Assembly (NCBI GenBank): GCA_903835965.1
Contig: CAILOT010000064.1
Span: forward strand, 1,252-65,251
Direction: 5' to 3'
Length of the DNA stretch: 64,000 bases
Source of the DNA: an uncultured Opitutia bacterium
GTDB taxonomy: Bacteria; Verrucomicrobiota; Verrucomicrobiia; Opitutales; UBA953
Positions 1-10,642 of this stretch are shown here, in pieces. The stretch's first letter is position 1; every line of letters begins with the position of its first letter. The notes under the pieces are model-generated. The model was not told the origin of the DNA and searched no databases. It saw nothing but the letters and a program-made list of their open reading frames with translations. The position numbers and the translations under genes are program-made.

Positions 1-1202
1 AACACGACACCCATCCCTGGCACGACGACCTTGGAGCCGTAGGAAGTATTGATGGTCGAAGTGCACGCTACCCAATTGCCCGCCGCATCGGCCGACGAAA
101 AATGCGTGGTGTGCTTTTCAAAGATATGCTCGTCCGCACGCGGCGGAGTGCCGTGATCTTTGACCGGCGTGACCTTGGTGACATCAATCTTAGCAGCGAG
201 CGATCGGCCGTATTCTTTGTCCACCAGCCCGCGTGGCACCTTGGTGAACGCGGGATCGCCCAGCCAGAAGGCCCGATCGGCGAAGGCGAGCTTCATAGCC
301 TCGGCGACAGTATGCGTAAAATCCTCTGGTTTCCCCGCACCCTTGGCCTCGAGAATATTTAAGATCTGGGCGACGTGCACGCCTCCGGAGCTGGGCGGAG
401 GCATGCCGACGATGCGGTGCCCATGATAAGTCGTCTCCAGCGGGGTCCGGCGCTTAATCGCATACGCCGCGAAATCTGCCTCCGTGACGAGTCCGCCGTT
501 CGCCCGCATCCATTGCGCGACGGCTTGCGCAAACTCACCGCGATAAAACCAATCTGGTCCACCAGCACCGAGCGCGCGCAACGCTTTCGCCAAGTCGGGC
601 TGCTTGTGCATTTCGCCTTCTTGCAGTGGCGTCCCATCAGCATGCAGGAATATGGCGCGGGAGGACGGGAACTTGGCGAGATCGCCGGCGACGCTCGCCA
701 ACCGCGATGCATAAGCGCGTGGCACCGGAAAGCCCTGCTCGGCAATCTTTGCCGCCGCTTCGCAATGGTAACTCCACGGTAATTTTCCGTAACGCGTCAC
801 GGCCTCGTAGAAGACGGCCACCTGCCCTGGCACCGCCACCGCAAGGGCGCCCGTGCGACTGAGTTCTGGTACGGCATGACCGTTGCGCACAAACATATCG
901 GCGGTCGCGGCCGCCGGGGCGGTCTCCCTCCCGTCGAGTGCGACGATTTCACCATCTGGCCGGCGGATCAGCATGAAACATCCGCCGCCGATACCGGAAT
1001 TATGACTATCGACGACGCCCAGCATCAAGCCTGTCACCACGGCCGCGTCAACCGCGTTGCCACCCTGCCGCATCGCCTCGACCCCGGCCTCGCTTGCCAG
1101 GTGATGCACCGCGGCGACCATGCCTTGGCGGTATTCTTCTCCGTGCGCCGTATTCGTCGCAAGGAATAGCCATAGTCCAGCGGTAAAGGATTTTGGCTTC
1201 AT
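1..1202 (-). CDS. ggt: gamma-glutamyltransferase; N-terminus complete, C-terminal part runs off the left window edge
   Basis: Absent from the ORF track because it is open at the window edge. My own translation from the ATG at 1202-1200 gives MKPKSFTAGLWLFLATNTAHGEEYRQGMVAAVHHLASEAGVEAMRQGGNAVDAAV...PPPSSGGVHVAQIL...EKHTTHFSSADAAGNWVACTSTINTSYGSKVVVPGMG. This shows a signal peptide and the GGT autoprocessing T-T-H region. Confidence 0.85.
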   Translation of the reverse strand, partial: MKPKSFTAGLWLFLATNTAHGEEYRQGMVAAVHHLASEAGVEAMRQGGNAVDAAVVTGLMLGVVDSHNSGIGGGCFMLIRRPDGEIVALDGRETAPAAATADMFVRNGHAVPELSRTGALAVAVPGQVAVFYEAVTRYGKLPWSYHCEAAAKIAEQGFPVPRAYASRLASVAGDLAKFPSSRAIFLHADGTPLQEGEMHKQPDLAKALRALGAGGPDWFYRGEFAQAVAQWMRANGGLVTEADFAAYAIKRRTPLETTYHGHRIVGMPPPSSGGVHVAQILNILEAKGAGKPEDFTHTVAEAMKLAFADRAFWLGDPAFTKVPRGLVDKEYGRSLAAKIDVTKVTPVKDHGTPPRADEHIFEKHTTHFSSADAAGNWVACTSTINTSYGSKVVVPGMGVV

Positions 1203-1234
1203 GCTTGGTTACTAAGCAAAAAACCTCCGGACGT

Positions 1235-2599
1235 TCAGGCAATGATTTCTTTGATGATCCGCGTGGGCTCGACGCCGGTCAGACGCTGGTCCAAGCCCTG
1301 GTAGCGGAAGGTCAGTTTTTCGTGATCAAGCCCGAGCTGATGGAAGAGTGTGGCATGCACGTCGCGAACCTCGACAGGATTTTCGGCGATGTTGTATCCG
1401 GTCTCATCCGTGGCGCCATATTGTACGCCAGGCTTAAGGCCTCCTCCGGCCATCCAGATTGTGAACGCATCCTTATGGTGGTCACGCCCGCAGCCTTCCG
1501 CGCTCTCGTTGCCTTGCAACATTGGCGTGCGACCGAACTCGCCGGCACAGACCACTAACGTCTGGTCGAGCAACCCGCGTTGCTTAAGGTCGCGGATCAA
1601 TCCCGCCAACGCCTGATCCACCGTCTTGCAACTGGCCCGTAAGCGTCGATTCTGGCTCGCATGGCTGTCCCAATCGGCATTGAAAAGTTCGACGAAGCGG
1701 ACGCCGGACTCCACCAAGCGGCGGGCATAGAGGCACTGCCGCGCGAAATCTCCTTCGCCGTAAAGTTTTTTGACCGACTCCGGCTCGCTCTTCAAGTCCA
1801 TCAGGCCGGGGACGCTCGACTGCATCCGGAAGGCCATTTCGTATTGGCTGATTTTGGTCAGGATTTCGGGATCGCGGAGTTCGCCGTGTTTTTCCTGATT
1901 AAGCGCGTTAACGCCATCCAGCACGCGTCGCCGACGCGCGGCATCGACCCCGGTCGGATTGTTTAGAAATAAAACCGGTTCGCCGCTGCTCCGGAATTCG
2001 ACGCCTTGATGCACGCTGGGCAAGAAACCACTACCCCACAGGTTCGAGCCAGCTCCCGGCGAATTGCCCGTCAGGAAGACGACATAGCTTGGCAGGTCGT
2101 GGTTCTCGCTGCCCAGGCCGTAATCAGCCCATGAACCCAATCCTGGATAGCCAGGACGGTTCTGCCCCGTATGAAAAAGCAGTTGAGCCGGAGCGTGATT
2201 AAACTCCTTGGTGTGCATCGAACGGATGAACGTCAGGTCGTCGGCCACGCCGGCGAGGTTAGGTAGCAATTCGCTCATCCATGCGCCCGACTGGCCGCGT
2301 TGCTTGAATTCGTAAGGCGTCCCCAGGAGCTTTGGATGACCGCGCAAGAAACTGAAGCGCTTGCCTTCAAAAAAGGACAACGGGGCGGGCTGCCGGTCGA
2401 GTTTTTGCAGGGCCGGCTTGTAATCATATAAATCGAGCTGGGAGGGCGCACCTACGAGATGGACGAAGATCACGCTCTTCGCCTTCGGCGTGAAGTGCGG
2501 GCGCGGCGGCGTAGCGGCCAGCAGACGGCTGAAGGCCGTGGCGCCCAAGCCAAAACCAAGTCCGCCAAGAAAGGCACGTCGATGAAGAGGGGTAATCAT
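1235..2599 (-). CDS. DUF1501 domain protein (sulfatase/alkaline-phosphatase-like fold, Tat signal)
   Basis: 454 aa. N-terminal RRAFLGGLGFGLGA twin-arginine signal. C-terminal GRDHHKDAFTIWMAGGG block typical of DUF1501. Sits 8 nt downstream of the DUF1553 gene, the usual PVC pairing. Confidence 0.85.
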   Translation of the reverse strand: MITPLHRRAFLGGLGFGLGATAFSRLLAATPPRPHFTPKAKSVIFVHLVGAPSQLDLYDYKPALQKLDRQPAPLSFFEGKRFSFLRGHPKLLGTPYEFKQRGQSGAWMSELLPNLAGVADDLTFIRSMHTKEFNHAPAQLLFHTGQNRPGYPGLGSWADYGLGSENHDLPSYVVFLTGNSPGAGSNLWGSGFLPSVHQGVEFRSSGEPVLFLNNPTGVDAARRRRVLDGVNALNQEKHGELRDPEILTKISQYEMAFRMQSSVPGLMDLKSEPESVKKLYGEGDFARQCLYARRLVESGVRFVELFNADWDSHASQNRRLRASCKTVDQALAGLIRDLKQRGLLDQTLVVCAGEFGRTPMLQGNESAEGCGRDHHKDAFTIWMAGGGLKPGVQYGATDETGYNIAENPVEVRDVHATLFHQLGLDHEKLTFRYQGLDQRLTGVEPTRIIKEIIA

Positions 2600-2607
2600 G
2601 TCAGGTC

Positions 2608-5124
2608 TCAGCCGCGGTGGATGGTTTCGTAAAGGTTGAGGATTGTCGTGGCGACATCGACGAAGCCTTCGAATTCCTTGCCCGAGGCTTTGACCGCGGC
2701 ATCAAAAACTTTCCGAAGTTGCTGCTGCTCGGATGCCGTTGGCTTTCGCGCCAACGCGGTGCGGAAAGCTTGCGCGATGCGTTGGTCGACAGTCCCAGTG
2801 AATTCTCCGCTCATCCGTTGCGCGAAAGCGGCGGCCATTTCGACGTAAGCCTTATCATTGAGCAAGGCGAGCGCCTGCAAAGGCGTGCTGCTCCGCCCAC
2901 GACGCAGACTGCAGGTGGCGCGATCGGGAGCGTCAAAAATCGAGAACGAAGGATAATGCGCCGTCCGTCGCCATATGGTATAGATGCCGCGCCGGAACTG
3001 ATCTCCGTCCGTAGATAATCTATATTTATTCAGCGAAGCCCCAGCGGTCGGTCTCCAAAAACCTTCTGGCTGCCAAGGGAAGACCGGCGGGCCACCCATC
3101 TTCGCATTCAGGAGTCCGCTGATGGCTAAGGCGTTATCCCGGATGGTCTCCGCGTCGAGTCGCTGCCCTGGGTGGCGCCAAAGCCAAACATCAGCGGGGT
3201 CGCGCACATCAGCACCCTCTCTGACGGCCGCACTCTGTCGATAAGTCGCCGACAGAACCATGCGGCGGATGGCTTGCTTCATCGACCAATGGTCTTCGGA
3301 GACAAAAGTGACCGCCAACCAATCAAGGAGTTCGGGATGACTCGGCGGCGCACCTTGCGTGCCAAATTCTTCTAAGGTCGAGACGATGCCTCGGCCGAAC
3401 AATTCAGCCCAGAGGCGATTCACGGTAACGCGAGCCGTCAGCGGCTGCTCGGGCTGCACCAGCCATTGCGCCAGTCCGAGCCGATTCACTGGCGCCTGAG
3501 CCGGCCATGCGGGTAGCACCGACGGGACGCCGCCCGAAACTTTTTCGCCGTTGGTCAGGAAGTCTCCACGCTTGGCGACATAAGTCGGACGTGGCTCGGA
3601 CATTTCTTGCATGACACGCGTGCTGGCCGGCTGAACACGGAGCAATAAGGCATGACTGGCGGCCACGGGTGCCCAGAGGGTTTGAATCTCTTTGTCCGTC
3701 CGGAATGCACCCTTCACGACCGTCTGATAGGTATCGAAAGTACGTTCGGATGGATCTAACTCCAACTCGGCTTGCGTCGCCTCAGGCAGCAGGGCAAACC
3801 TCTTGGCATTAGCCATAAGGGCTACCCACTTCGGCTCCAGGACCGTAAGCAAGGCAGCTTCTTTCTTTTTATAAGCCTGCTCAAGAACTTCATATCGCTT
3901 CTTCGTCGCATCATCCATCGGCAAACTGACCGTGGGCCCGATCGGCACCATGGCGGACATCCCCATCTTCGAGCCCAGTTGTCGGCTCTCGATTGGCGTC
4001 TGGTTGAATAGCGCGAAGACCCGGTAATATTCCACGATCGAAATCGGGTCATACTTATGGTTGTGGCATTGAGCGCAGCCCAACGTCGTACCGAGCCAGA
4101 CGGCTCCGAGGGTATTCACGCGGTCGACGACCTGTTTATAGTGGTCTTCGATCGGATCCGTCCCCGCTTCGATGTTGAGCGTCGTATTCCGCTGGAAGCC
4201 GGTCGCGATTTTTTGCGCGAGCGTCGGGGACGGCAGTAAGTCGCCAGCGAGTTGCTCGACCGTGAAGCGATCGAATGGCATATCTTTATTAAGCGCGTCG
4301 ATCACCCAGTCGCGCCAGGGCCAAAGGGAGCGCTCCGCGTCGCGCTGGTAACCTTCGGAGTCCGCATAGCGGGCCGCATCCAGCCAAGGGCGGGCCCAGC
4401 GTTCGCCGAAACTCGGGCTCGCCAAGAACTGGTCGACCAGTCGGGCATAGTTGGCGTCGGAGGGGTCGGCCAGAAATGCGTCGACCTGCGCGACCTTAGG
4501 CGGGAGCCCCGTGAGGTCGAGCGCGACCCGGCGCAATTGCACGGCCGGATCGGCATCGGGGCCACGCGTCAATTTTTCCGCAGAAAGTTTGGCATCGATG
4601 AAGGCATCGATGGCATTGCGGGCGCCCTTACCGCTCTGTGCTGGCACCTTGGGTAAGCGAGGCGCGACATAGGCCCAGTGCGGGGTAGGCCGCCAACCAT
4701 CGTCCGGCCACACCGCGCCCTCGGCGACCCATTGCTTAAGCATTGCGATTTGGCCAGGCGTCAAGGCATTGCCCTTAGGTGGCATCCGCCGTTTCTTATC
4801 GGTGGCGGTGATGACGTGGATCAACAACGACTCGCCGGTGGCTCCAGGCGTCAGGATCGCCTCACCACTATCTCCCGGCCGATGAGCGCCGAAATAAGAT
4901 GCCAGCACGACGCCGCCTTTCTTCTCTTCGGCGCTATGACAGTCGAGACAGCGATCCTCGAAGATAGGTTTGATTTCTTTGGCGAAATCTACGGCTGCCC
5001 ACGTCGAAAGCCGGGCAAACAACGCCAACAGAAGAATGGCATGACGGGGTAGCACGCGGGGAAGCTCTATTTGTCGCATCCAACCGAGGGATTGCAAGAC
5101 GTCAGCCCCGATTCCCTTAACCAA
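2608..5124 (-). CDS. PSCyt1/DUF1549/DUF1553 family protein (Planctomycete cytochrome-c-like domains)
   Basis: 838 aa. [13 protein letters not shown] near the N-terminus and [11 protein letters not shown] internally (two CxxCH motifs). DUF1553-like C-terminal region ([23 protein letters not shown]). A more likely start is MRQIELPR at 5079, which gives a signal peptide. Confidence 0.85.
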   Translation of the reverse strand: MVKGIGADVLQSLGWMRQIELPRVLPRHAILLLALFARLSTWAAVDFAKEIKPIFEDRCLDCHSAEEKKGGVVLASYFGAHRPGDSGEAILTPGATGESLLIHVITATDKKRRMPPKGNALTPGQIAMLKQWVAEGAVWPDDGWRPTPHWAYVAPRLPKVPAQSGKGARNAIDAFIDAKLSAEKLTRGPDADPAVQLRRVALDLTGLPPKVAQVDAFLADPSDANYARLVDQFLASPSFGERWARPWLDAARYADSEGYQRDAERSLWPWRDWVIDALNKDMPFDRFTVEQLAGDLLPSPTLAQKIATGFQRNTTLNIEAGTDPIEDHYKQVVDRVNTLGAVWLGTTLGCAQCHNHKYDPISIVEYYRVFALFNQTPIESRQLGSKMGMSAMVPIGPTVSLPMDDATKKRYEVLEQAYKKKEAALLTVLEPKWVALMANAKRFALLPEATQAELELDPSERTFDTYQTVVKGAFRTDKEIQTLWAPVAASHALLLRVQPASTRVMQEMSEPRPTYVAKRGDFLTNGEKVSGGVPSVLPAWPAQAPVNRLGLAQWLVQPEQPLTARVTVNRLWAELFGRGIVSTLEEFGTQGAPPSHPELLDWLAVTFVSEDHWSMKQAIRRMVLSATYRQSAAVREGADVRDPADVWLWRHPGQRLDAETIRDNALAISGLLNAKMGGPPVFPWQPEGFWRPTAGASLNKYRLSTDGDQFRRGIYTIWRRTAHYPSFSIFDAPDRATCSLRRGRSSTPLQALALLNDKAYVEMAAAFAQRMSGEFTGTVDQRIAQAFRTALARKPTASEQQQLRKVFDAAVKASGKEFEGFVDVATTILNLYETIHRG

Positions 5125-5171
5125 GGGCCGTCGTCAGCAAAGGCGGGAGTGTAGTTCCGTCTTCCGGCCCC

Positions 5172-7256
5172 TTAGGTTTCGGCGGATTTACACCAGTCTA
5201 CCCATACGCGTCGCATCAAGGCTTCGAAACCTCGGGCAAATTTAACCCCATCGCAAAGCGGCGAGCCGGCCACGGCCTCACGCATGCCTGCCCGCAGTTT
5301 CGCGAGATGCGGTAGACCGCCGGCAAGCTTCGCGGCGATATCGACATACGCTTCTGGCGTTAAGGCAATCGTCTCGGTCAAGCCAGCGGCCGAAAGATGC
5401 GTCAACGAATGACGGCTGGCAAAACGCTCGCCCGGGCAGGTAATCACGGGTACGCCCATCCAAATGGCCTCGCAAGTGGTCAACCCTCCGTTGTAAGCCA
5501 AAGGGTCAAGCGCGACATCAATTTTTCCATAAGCGGCAAGAACTTCAGACTGAGAGGCCCAGCCCTCGATAATGATCCGATCCTCCGAAATTCCGTGGGA
5601 AGCAAAGCTGGCAAGATAATGGGCCTTGATCTTCGCAGACTCGAAGCCGCGATTCTTGAGCATGAGTTTTGCGTTCGGGACGCGCTGGAGAATCTTAGCC
5701 CAAAGTGCGATCGTCTGTGGACCGGTTTTGGCTAAGATATTAAAACTACCGAAAGTGATGAAGCCGTTCGTGGCGGCCGGCAATGAACTCACCTCAGGGG
5801 CCTCGGCGGGAGGATCGAAACAAATATACCCATGTGGCATCCGCAGGATTTTTTCGGCGTAACCCGCTTCGGCTCCCGGCGGGACTTCATGGGAGTCAGC
5901 CAGCAAATAGTCTATGGCTGGCACCCCAGTCGTCCCCACATAATCCATCCATGTGATTTGCAACGGCGCCGCACGGCACGCAAAGACCTCCAGTCGATTC
6001 CCCGGCGTCCATCCGGCGAGGTCGAACAAGATATCAACCTCATCCTCGCGAACTATCCGGCTTAATTCGTCCGCCGTCATGGCGGCAACTTCACGCCAGC
6101 GGGCCGAAGCGGCTTCAAGTCGACGCGTCATGGCATCAGGCATCAAGGTGTCACTATAGCAGATGACCTCGAAGGCTTCGGTTGAAATGTTTTCGAGAAG
6201 CCTAACCAGGAAATGCCCTACCGGATGAAAACAGAAATTCGGCGAAACAAACCCCACCCGGAGGCGACGAGAAGGGGCCCGGTTGTTGGGGAAGCCGGAC
6301 TTGGGCGATGATTCAGACGTGAAGGAGGCGCCGATAGCACGATGCGTCACTAGTAGTTCTCGCTGTGACAGTCCTTCCTGATACTGTGACGCAATCAGAA
6401 GGTTAGCCTGTATGACCTGCCGAGAGTCTGGCGTGAGCTTGCCCTCGAGAGTATGGCGGTAACTTCGGATGGCCTCATCAACTCGTCCGGAATCCTTCCA
6501 TAGTCCCGCAAGGTTATTTTGCGCCCAAGCAAAATGCGGACTGAGCGCCAAGGCGCGCAGGAGGCACTGTTCCGCTTCGTCCCATCTGTTCATCTTTAGG
6601 AGTAAGCCGCCAAGGTCATTGAGCGCCCTAAGATGCGAGGAGTCCAATGCGATGGCCCGCTGGTAAACCTCGACGGCCTGATTACTTTCGCCGCCATCCC
6701 TAAGGACAGTAGCGAGATTATAGCTGAGGTCGGCCCGGGCTGGCGCCAAGCCTACGGCTTGATGAGCGAAACTCGAAGCTTCAGCAAACTGCCGGTGCCG
6801 ACCCAGTTCGACGCCCAGGTTACTCAAAGCTTCCGCATAATTCGGCATCAGCTCGACCGCCTTTCGGTAATGTCCGATCGCCTCCGCCCGTCGGCCTTTA
6901 CCGGCCAAGATGATCCCAAGATTGTTGTGGGCCGAAGCTGCATCTGGAAAACGTTCTATCTCTGCTTGAAAAGCCGCCGCCGCTTCGTCCCGACGATCCA
7001 ATGCCAACAGCGCATAACCGAGATTAAACCGATAATTCGGAGATTCTGGATTAACTTGAATTGCTCGATTAATCCGCTCGATGGCCGTTTCAAACTGCTG
7101 GTTTTGCGAGGCGATCACACCCAGAAGATGCCACGCGTCGGGATGGTTCGGCTCAACGGCAAGGACTTGCCGATAAATTGATTCCGCCGCCGCCGACCGG
7201 CCGGCGTGGTGATGGCCTAACGCCATCTCCATTGCCTGTGCCAGGGTGACTTCCAT
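5172..7256 (-). CDS. TPR-repeat protein with a C-terminal GT41 (SPINDLY/OGT-like) glycosyltransferase domain
   Basis: 694 aa. The N-terminal ~300 aa are 34-residue TPR repeats (AWHLLGVI..., NNLGIILAGKGRRAEAIGHYRKAVEL...). The C-terminal half carries DILFDLAGWTPGNR, ITFGSFN, and VALDPLAYNGGLTTCEAIWMGVPVIT, as in COG3914-type O-GlcNAc-transferase-like proteins. Confidence 0.7.
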   Translation of the reverse strand: MEVTLAQAMEMALGHHHAGRSAAAESIYRQVLAVEPNHPDAWHLLGVIASQNQQFETAIERINRAIQVNPESPNYRFNLGYALLALDRRDEAAAAFQAEIERFPDAASAHNNLGIILAGKGRRAEAIGHYRKAVELMPNYAEALSNLGVELGRHRQFAEASSFAHQAVGLAPARADLSYNLATVLRDGGESNQAVEVYQRAIALDSSHLRALNDLGGLLLKMNRWDEAEQCLLRALALSPHFAWAQNNLAGLWKDSGRVDEAIRSYRHTLEGKLTPDSRQVIQANLLIASQYQEGLSQRELLVTHRAIGASFTSESSPKSGFPNNRAPSRRLRVGFVSPNFCFHPVGHFLVRLLENISTEAFEVICYSDTLMPDAMTRRLEAASARWREVAAMTADELSRIVREDEVDILFDLAGWTPGNRLEVFACRAAPLQITWMDYVGTTGVPAIDYLLADSHEVPPGAEAGYAEKILRMPHGYICFDPPAEAPEVSSLPAATNGFITFGSFNILAKTGPQTIALWAKILQRVPNAKLMLKNRGFESAKIKAHYLASFASHGISEDRIIIEGWASQSEVLAAYGKIDVALDPLAYNGGLTTCEAIWMGVPVITCPGERFASRHSLTHLSAAGLTETIALTPEAYVDIAAKLAGGLPHLAKLRAGMREAVAGSPLCDGVKFARGFEALMRRVWVDWCKSAET

Positions 7257-7380
7257 CCTTGAGTCTTAGTGAACGGCTCCAAGCCATCGCAATCCCGAAC
7301 ATCTCCATCGCAGGGCTAATGCCCGCACGGACATGCGTGCAGGCGCACTTATACGCACCTTCCCGCGATCATTAAGCCGT

Positions 7381-8778
7381 CTATTTCTTGGGCTTTGCGC
7401 CCTTATTACCCTTACCGCCGCCGCCGCGTTGTTCTTTGGCGTTAGGGTCAAAAGCCGGATTAGGCTGATCGGCCAGAAAAGCGCCGGTGTCCTTCTGCCA
7501 GGCGACCAGGAGTTTCTTGAGCTCTTCGACTTTGGCTGGCTCCGCCTTGGCCAGATCATGCGCTTCGCTCGGGTCTTTCTTTACGTTATATAATTCGAAA
7601 GTCGGACCAGCGAATTTTTCGATCAGTTTGTAATCGCCAGCGCGGAGCAAACTCATCGGTTCGCCTTTGCCGATATAGCACGGAAAGTGCCAATAGATAG
7701 CCGGGCGATTGAGTGCGGCGCCGGTGGTAACCTGCTTGAAGAGGCTGATGCCGTCCATGGGCTGATCCTTCGGTAACGGCACGTGCAGCGCCTCGTGGAT
7801 GGTGGCTGCGAAGTCCATGCTCAACACCGGCTCGTCGTAGGTCTTGCCGGCAGGAATGACACCAGGCCAACGGATCGCGCCGGGGACGCGAAGTCCGCCT
7901 TCATAAAGGAGTCCCTTGCTGCCACGGAGAGGATTGACGACGTACGGCAGGCCGCCGTTGTCGGACGTGAAGATGACGAGCGTATCGTTATCGAGGTTGA
8001 GACGCTTGAGCGTCGCCATGATGCGGCCGACGCTGGCATCCGCGGCCTCGCAGGTCGCGGCATATTCGGGCGTGATGCCCTTATCGAGGCCGGCGGGAAT
8101 CTTCTTCTTATACTTGGCGAGCAACTCCGGCTTCGGGTCGAACGGCTCGTGCACAGAGTGGTCAGGGAAATAGAGGAAGAAAGGTTTGTCCTTATTTTTC
8201 TCAATCCAGGCGACGGCGTCGTCGCAGAGTGCGTCAGAGAGGTATTTGCCCTTTTCGTTGCGGTAGGCGTCTTTTTCGAAATCGAAATCGTCCGGACGAT
8301 GGTAGATATCAAAGCCCTGACCGGTCGGATTGCCAGGGGTGCCGTTCCGGCCGCGGCCAAGATTCCACATTCCGATGAGCGCCGTAGCGTAGCCCTTGGC
8401 CTTAAGCGATTCGGCGATCGTGACGGTCTTATCCGGGATCTCATCATTACCCTTTGTGGACATCACCTTCATGTGCACCTGGCCCGGGGCGTAGCGGTCG
8501 TCGACGACCGTATAGACGCCATGACGCGACGTGTATTGTCCCGTGAGGAGACATGCGCGGGTCGGCGCGCAATTCGGGGCGCTCGCGTAGCACTGCGAGA
8601 AGATCGCACCTTCGCGCGCAAGCTTATCGATGTTCGGCGTCTCGATGTATTTGTTGCCGACGAAGCCAGGATCTCGCCAGCCCATGTCGTCGATAAGAAT
8701 CAGGACCACGTTCGGCTGTTTGGCCGGCACGAGGGCTGCACAGCCCAAAGCGATGAAGAGCAGGGACAGGCGTCTCAT
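7381..8778 (-). CDS. sulfatase (arylsulfatase A family), secreted
   Basis: 465 aa. Signal peptide. PNVVLILIDDMGW, plus the formylglycine signature C-A-P-T-R in SAPNCAPTRACLLTGQY. Gly/Lys-rich C-terminal tail. Confidence 0.9.
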   Translation of the reverse strand: MRRLSLLFIALGCAALVPAKQPNVVLILIDDMGWRDPGFVGNKYIETPNIDKLAREGAIFSQCYASAPNCAPTRACLLTGQYTSRHGVYTVVDDRYAPGQVHMKVMSTKGNDEIPDKTVTIAESLKAKGYATALIGMWNLGRGRNGTPGNPTGQGFDIYHRPDDFDFEKDAYRNEKGKYLSDALCDDAVAWIEKNKDKPFFLYFPDHSVHEPFDPKPELLAKYKKKIPAGLDKGITPEYAATCEAADASVGRIMATLKRLNLDNDTLVIFTSDNGGLPYVVNPLRGSKGLLYEGGLRVPGAIRWPGVIPAGKTYDEPVLSMDFAATIHEALHVPLPKDQPMDGISLFKQVTTGAALNRPAIYWHFPCYIGKGEPMSLLRAGDYKLIEKFAGPTFELYNVKKDPSEAHDLAKAEPAKVEELKKLLVAWQKDTGAFLADQPNPAFDPNAKEQRGGGGKGNKGAKPKK

Positions 8779-8788
8779 GGTTCAAAAA

Positions 8789-10483
8789 TCAGGCGTTCTT
8801 CGCTTTTACTTCGTACGCATGGGCGATCATGCCGTGCTTGGCTTCCTTGGTCTCGTCCTTCGGCAGGAACGAGCGGACGTATTCCACTTTCACGTTCGCA
8901 GGCGTGACGCTGACACGCATGTAGCCGGCGCTCGGCAACTTCTTGCCGGAGGCATAGCGATCTTCGTTATAGGCGATGTAGCCGTGGTCCGAAGGCATCG
9001 GCAATTCCTGATAGATGATCCCGTCCTTCTCCTGCTGGCAGTAGAGGTGGTCGTGACCTTGGAAAAAGATGCTGACCTTGTGCTTCACCATCAGCTGATG
9101 GATCGGCATTTCCCAGCCCGGTCGCTTTTCCTTGAAAGTACCTTCGCCTTTCTTGCCCTGACCGCCCCACTCGTAGAGATCGGCTTCATCGACGCCGCCG
9201 CGGCCGGAGCCAAGGACGTGGTGGGCGAAAACGAACTTATGCTTCGCCTTACTCGTCTCGAGGGTGTGCTTAAGCCATTTATACTGGGCATCGCCGATCG
9301 TGATGGCCCACCAGTCGCGGTTCTTCTTGTCGTCACCGCCCTTTTCGCCGCCCCCGCCCTTGCCGGCCTTGCCACCAAAGCCGCTATCGACCAACGCCGG
9401 CGAGTGCCAATAATTATCCAGTAAGATGAAGAGCGCATCTCCCCACGTCCAGGAACAGTAACTCTTGAGCGCGCCGATGTCTTTGACCGGCTCGACGTGG
9501 CCTGTATAGATGCCTTCGTTGCCAGGGATAGGGTAAAGCTGATTGCGCGCCTTCTGGACGCCGACGGCGACGTCGTGGCGCTCGTCCTTCTGCGAGAAGT
9601 TGAAGAAGGAGGCTTGTTCGTGGTTGCCGTTCATCAGGAAGACCTGGCCGACCGAACCGACGAGGCCGAGGAACGGCCGCTGCAAAAGGTAAGGGATGGC
9701 GCAATTGGCATCCGAAATCGTCCGCACTTTCTCGATGGAAAAATCGTCGCCGATGCAGATATGGAAGTCAGGCTTATCAGCCGCCGCGGTGACGAGCGTC
9801 CGCGCGTAAAGGTCCGGATGACTCGACTGCGGCCGCTCAGGGTGAGAGTCGCCTTGGATCGTGAAGACGAAGGAAGAGCCCGGGGTGCGCTGCGTCGCAA
9901 AGCGGGCCTCGGCGCGCTGCGCGAAACTACCGGCTCCGGGCTTGCGATGGTTCAATCGGTAAAAATATTCCGTGTTCGGAGCCAGGCCATCGATCACGAT
10001 TTCCGTAGCTTTGCCGGCGGCGAGTAACGTCACCGCCGTTTTCTTCACGTACTTGCCCTTCGCCGTCCCGATTTCGAGAAAAGCTTCGGTTGCCTCTTTG
10101 GGCACTAAACTCGCCGTGATGGCTTTGTCTGTGGCACGCCCGAAGATCAGTGAGACCTTCGCGAATTCGGCCAGTGACTCGGGCAACACGTACTCCCCTT
10201 GGAACGAAGGTCCACGGGCTTTCGACGAATCGTCGCCGCCGCCCTTGCCCCCTTTACCGCCTTTACCCTTCTTCTCCTGCGCCGAAAGCGGCGAAGACAA
10301 AAGCGTCCAGCCAAACGTCGCCGCCATGAGTCCGAGAAACTCGCGCCGCACGAGACCGGAAAATTCTGCAACGGGTCGGTAGAACGGATTAAGGCGTTCG
10401 CCTTTGGTTTCGGAAGATGATTCGGGCAGGCTCATGGGGTTATGATCATAGATGCAACCCCACGGCTCAAAGACAAGTTTCAC
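8789..10483 (-). CDS. metallophosphoesterase, purple-acid-phosphatase-like, Tat-type signal
   Basis: 564 aa. RREFLGLMAAT signal and an FN3-like N-terminal domain (APNTEYFYRL). Metallophosphatase motifs GDSHPE, GDDFS, NGNHE, FAHHV and GHDH. The ORF-track start is GTG; the ATG at 10435 (MSLPESS) is more likely. Confidence 0.75.
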   Translation of the reverse strand: MKLVFEPWGCIYDHNPMSLPESSSETKGERLNPFYRPVAEFSGLVRREFLGLMAATFGWTLLSSPLSAQEKKGKGGKGGKGGGDDSSKARGPSFQGEYVLPESLAEFAKVSLIFGRATDKAITASLVPKEATEAFLEIGTAKGKYVKKTAVTLLAAGKATEIVIDGLAPNTEYFYRLNHRKPGAGSFAQRAEARFATQRTPGSSFVFTIQGDSHPERPQSSHPDLYARTLVTAAADKPDFHICIGDDFSIEKVRTISDANCAIPYLLQRPFLGLVGSVGQVFLMNGNHEQASFFNFSQKDERHDVAVGVQKARNQLYPIPGNEGIYTGHVEPVKDIGALKSYCSWTWGDALFILLDNYWHSPALVDSGFGGKAGKGGGGEKGGDDKKNRDWWAITIGDAQYKWLKHTLETSKAKHKFVFAHHVLGSGRGGVDEADLYEWGGQGKKGEGTFKEKRPGWEMPIHQLMVKHKVSIFFQGHDHLYCQQEKDGIIYQELPMPSDHGYIAYNEDRYASGKKLPSAGYMRVSVTPANVKVEYVRSFLPKDETKEAKHGMIAHAYEVKAKNA

Positions 10484-10642
10484 GCATCGTGATTCTAGCC
10501 GTTTTATTTTCTTAATCTCATCTTAATGATTAGCCCGATGCGGTGCGCTTTCGCCATCGTATCGGTTTTATTTTAGCAACGAGCATGCCCGAATTAAGCC
10601 GCAAGCTTTACCCACGCTTTACTAACCGCTCGAAAACCGTTT

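Noticed and set aside
7783-8907. A 374-aa plus-strand ORF antisense to the sulfatase. There are similar long antisense ORFs at 23581-24522 (opposite gspD), 38078-38797 (opposite birA/coaX) and 30990-31394 (opposite the MFS gene).
   Set aside because: The opposite strands encode proteins with clear family signatures. The antisense products are low-complexity (R/A/G/S-rich) and lack start-site context.
10531-10541. An 11-nt identity (attagcccgat) shared by the upstream regions of the phosphatase gene (10531-) and gspD (25642-), considered as a common regulatory motif.
   Set aside because: It is a single short match. With roughly ten intergenic regions compared pairwise, one 11-mer coincidence is not clearly beyond chance. 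The flanks do not align, and the distances to the likely start codons differ.
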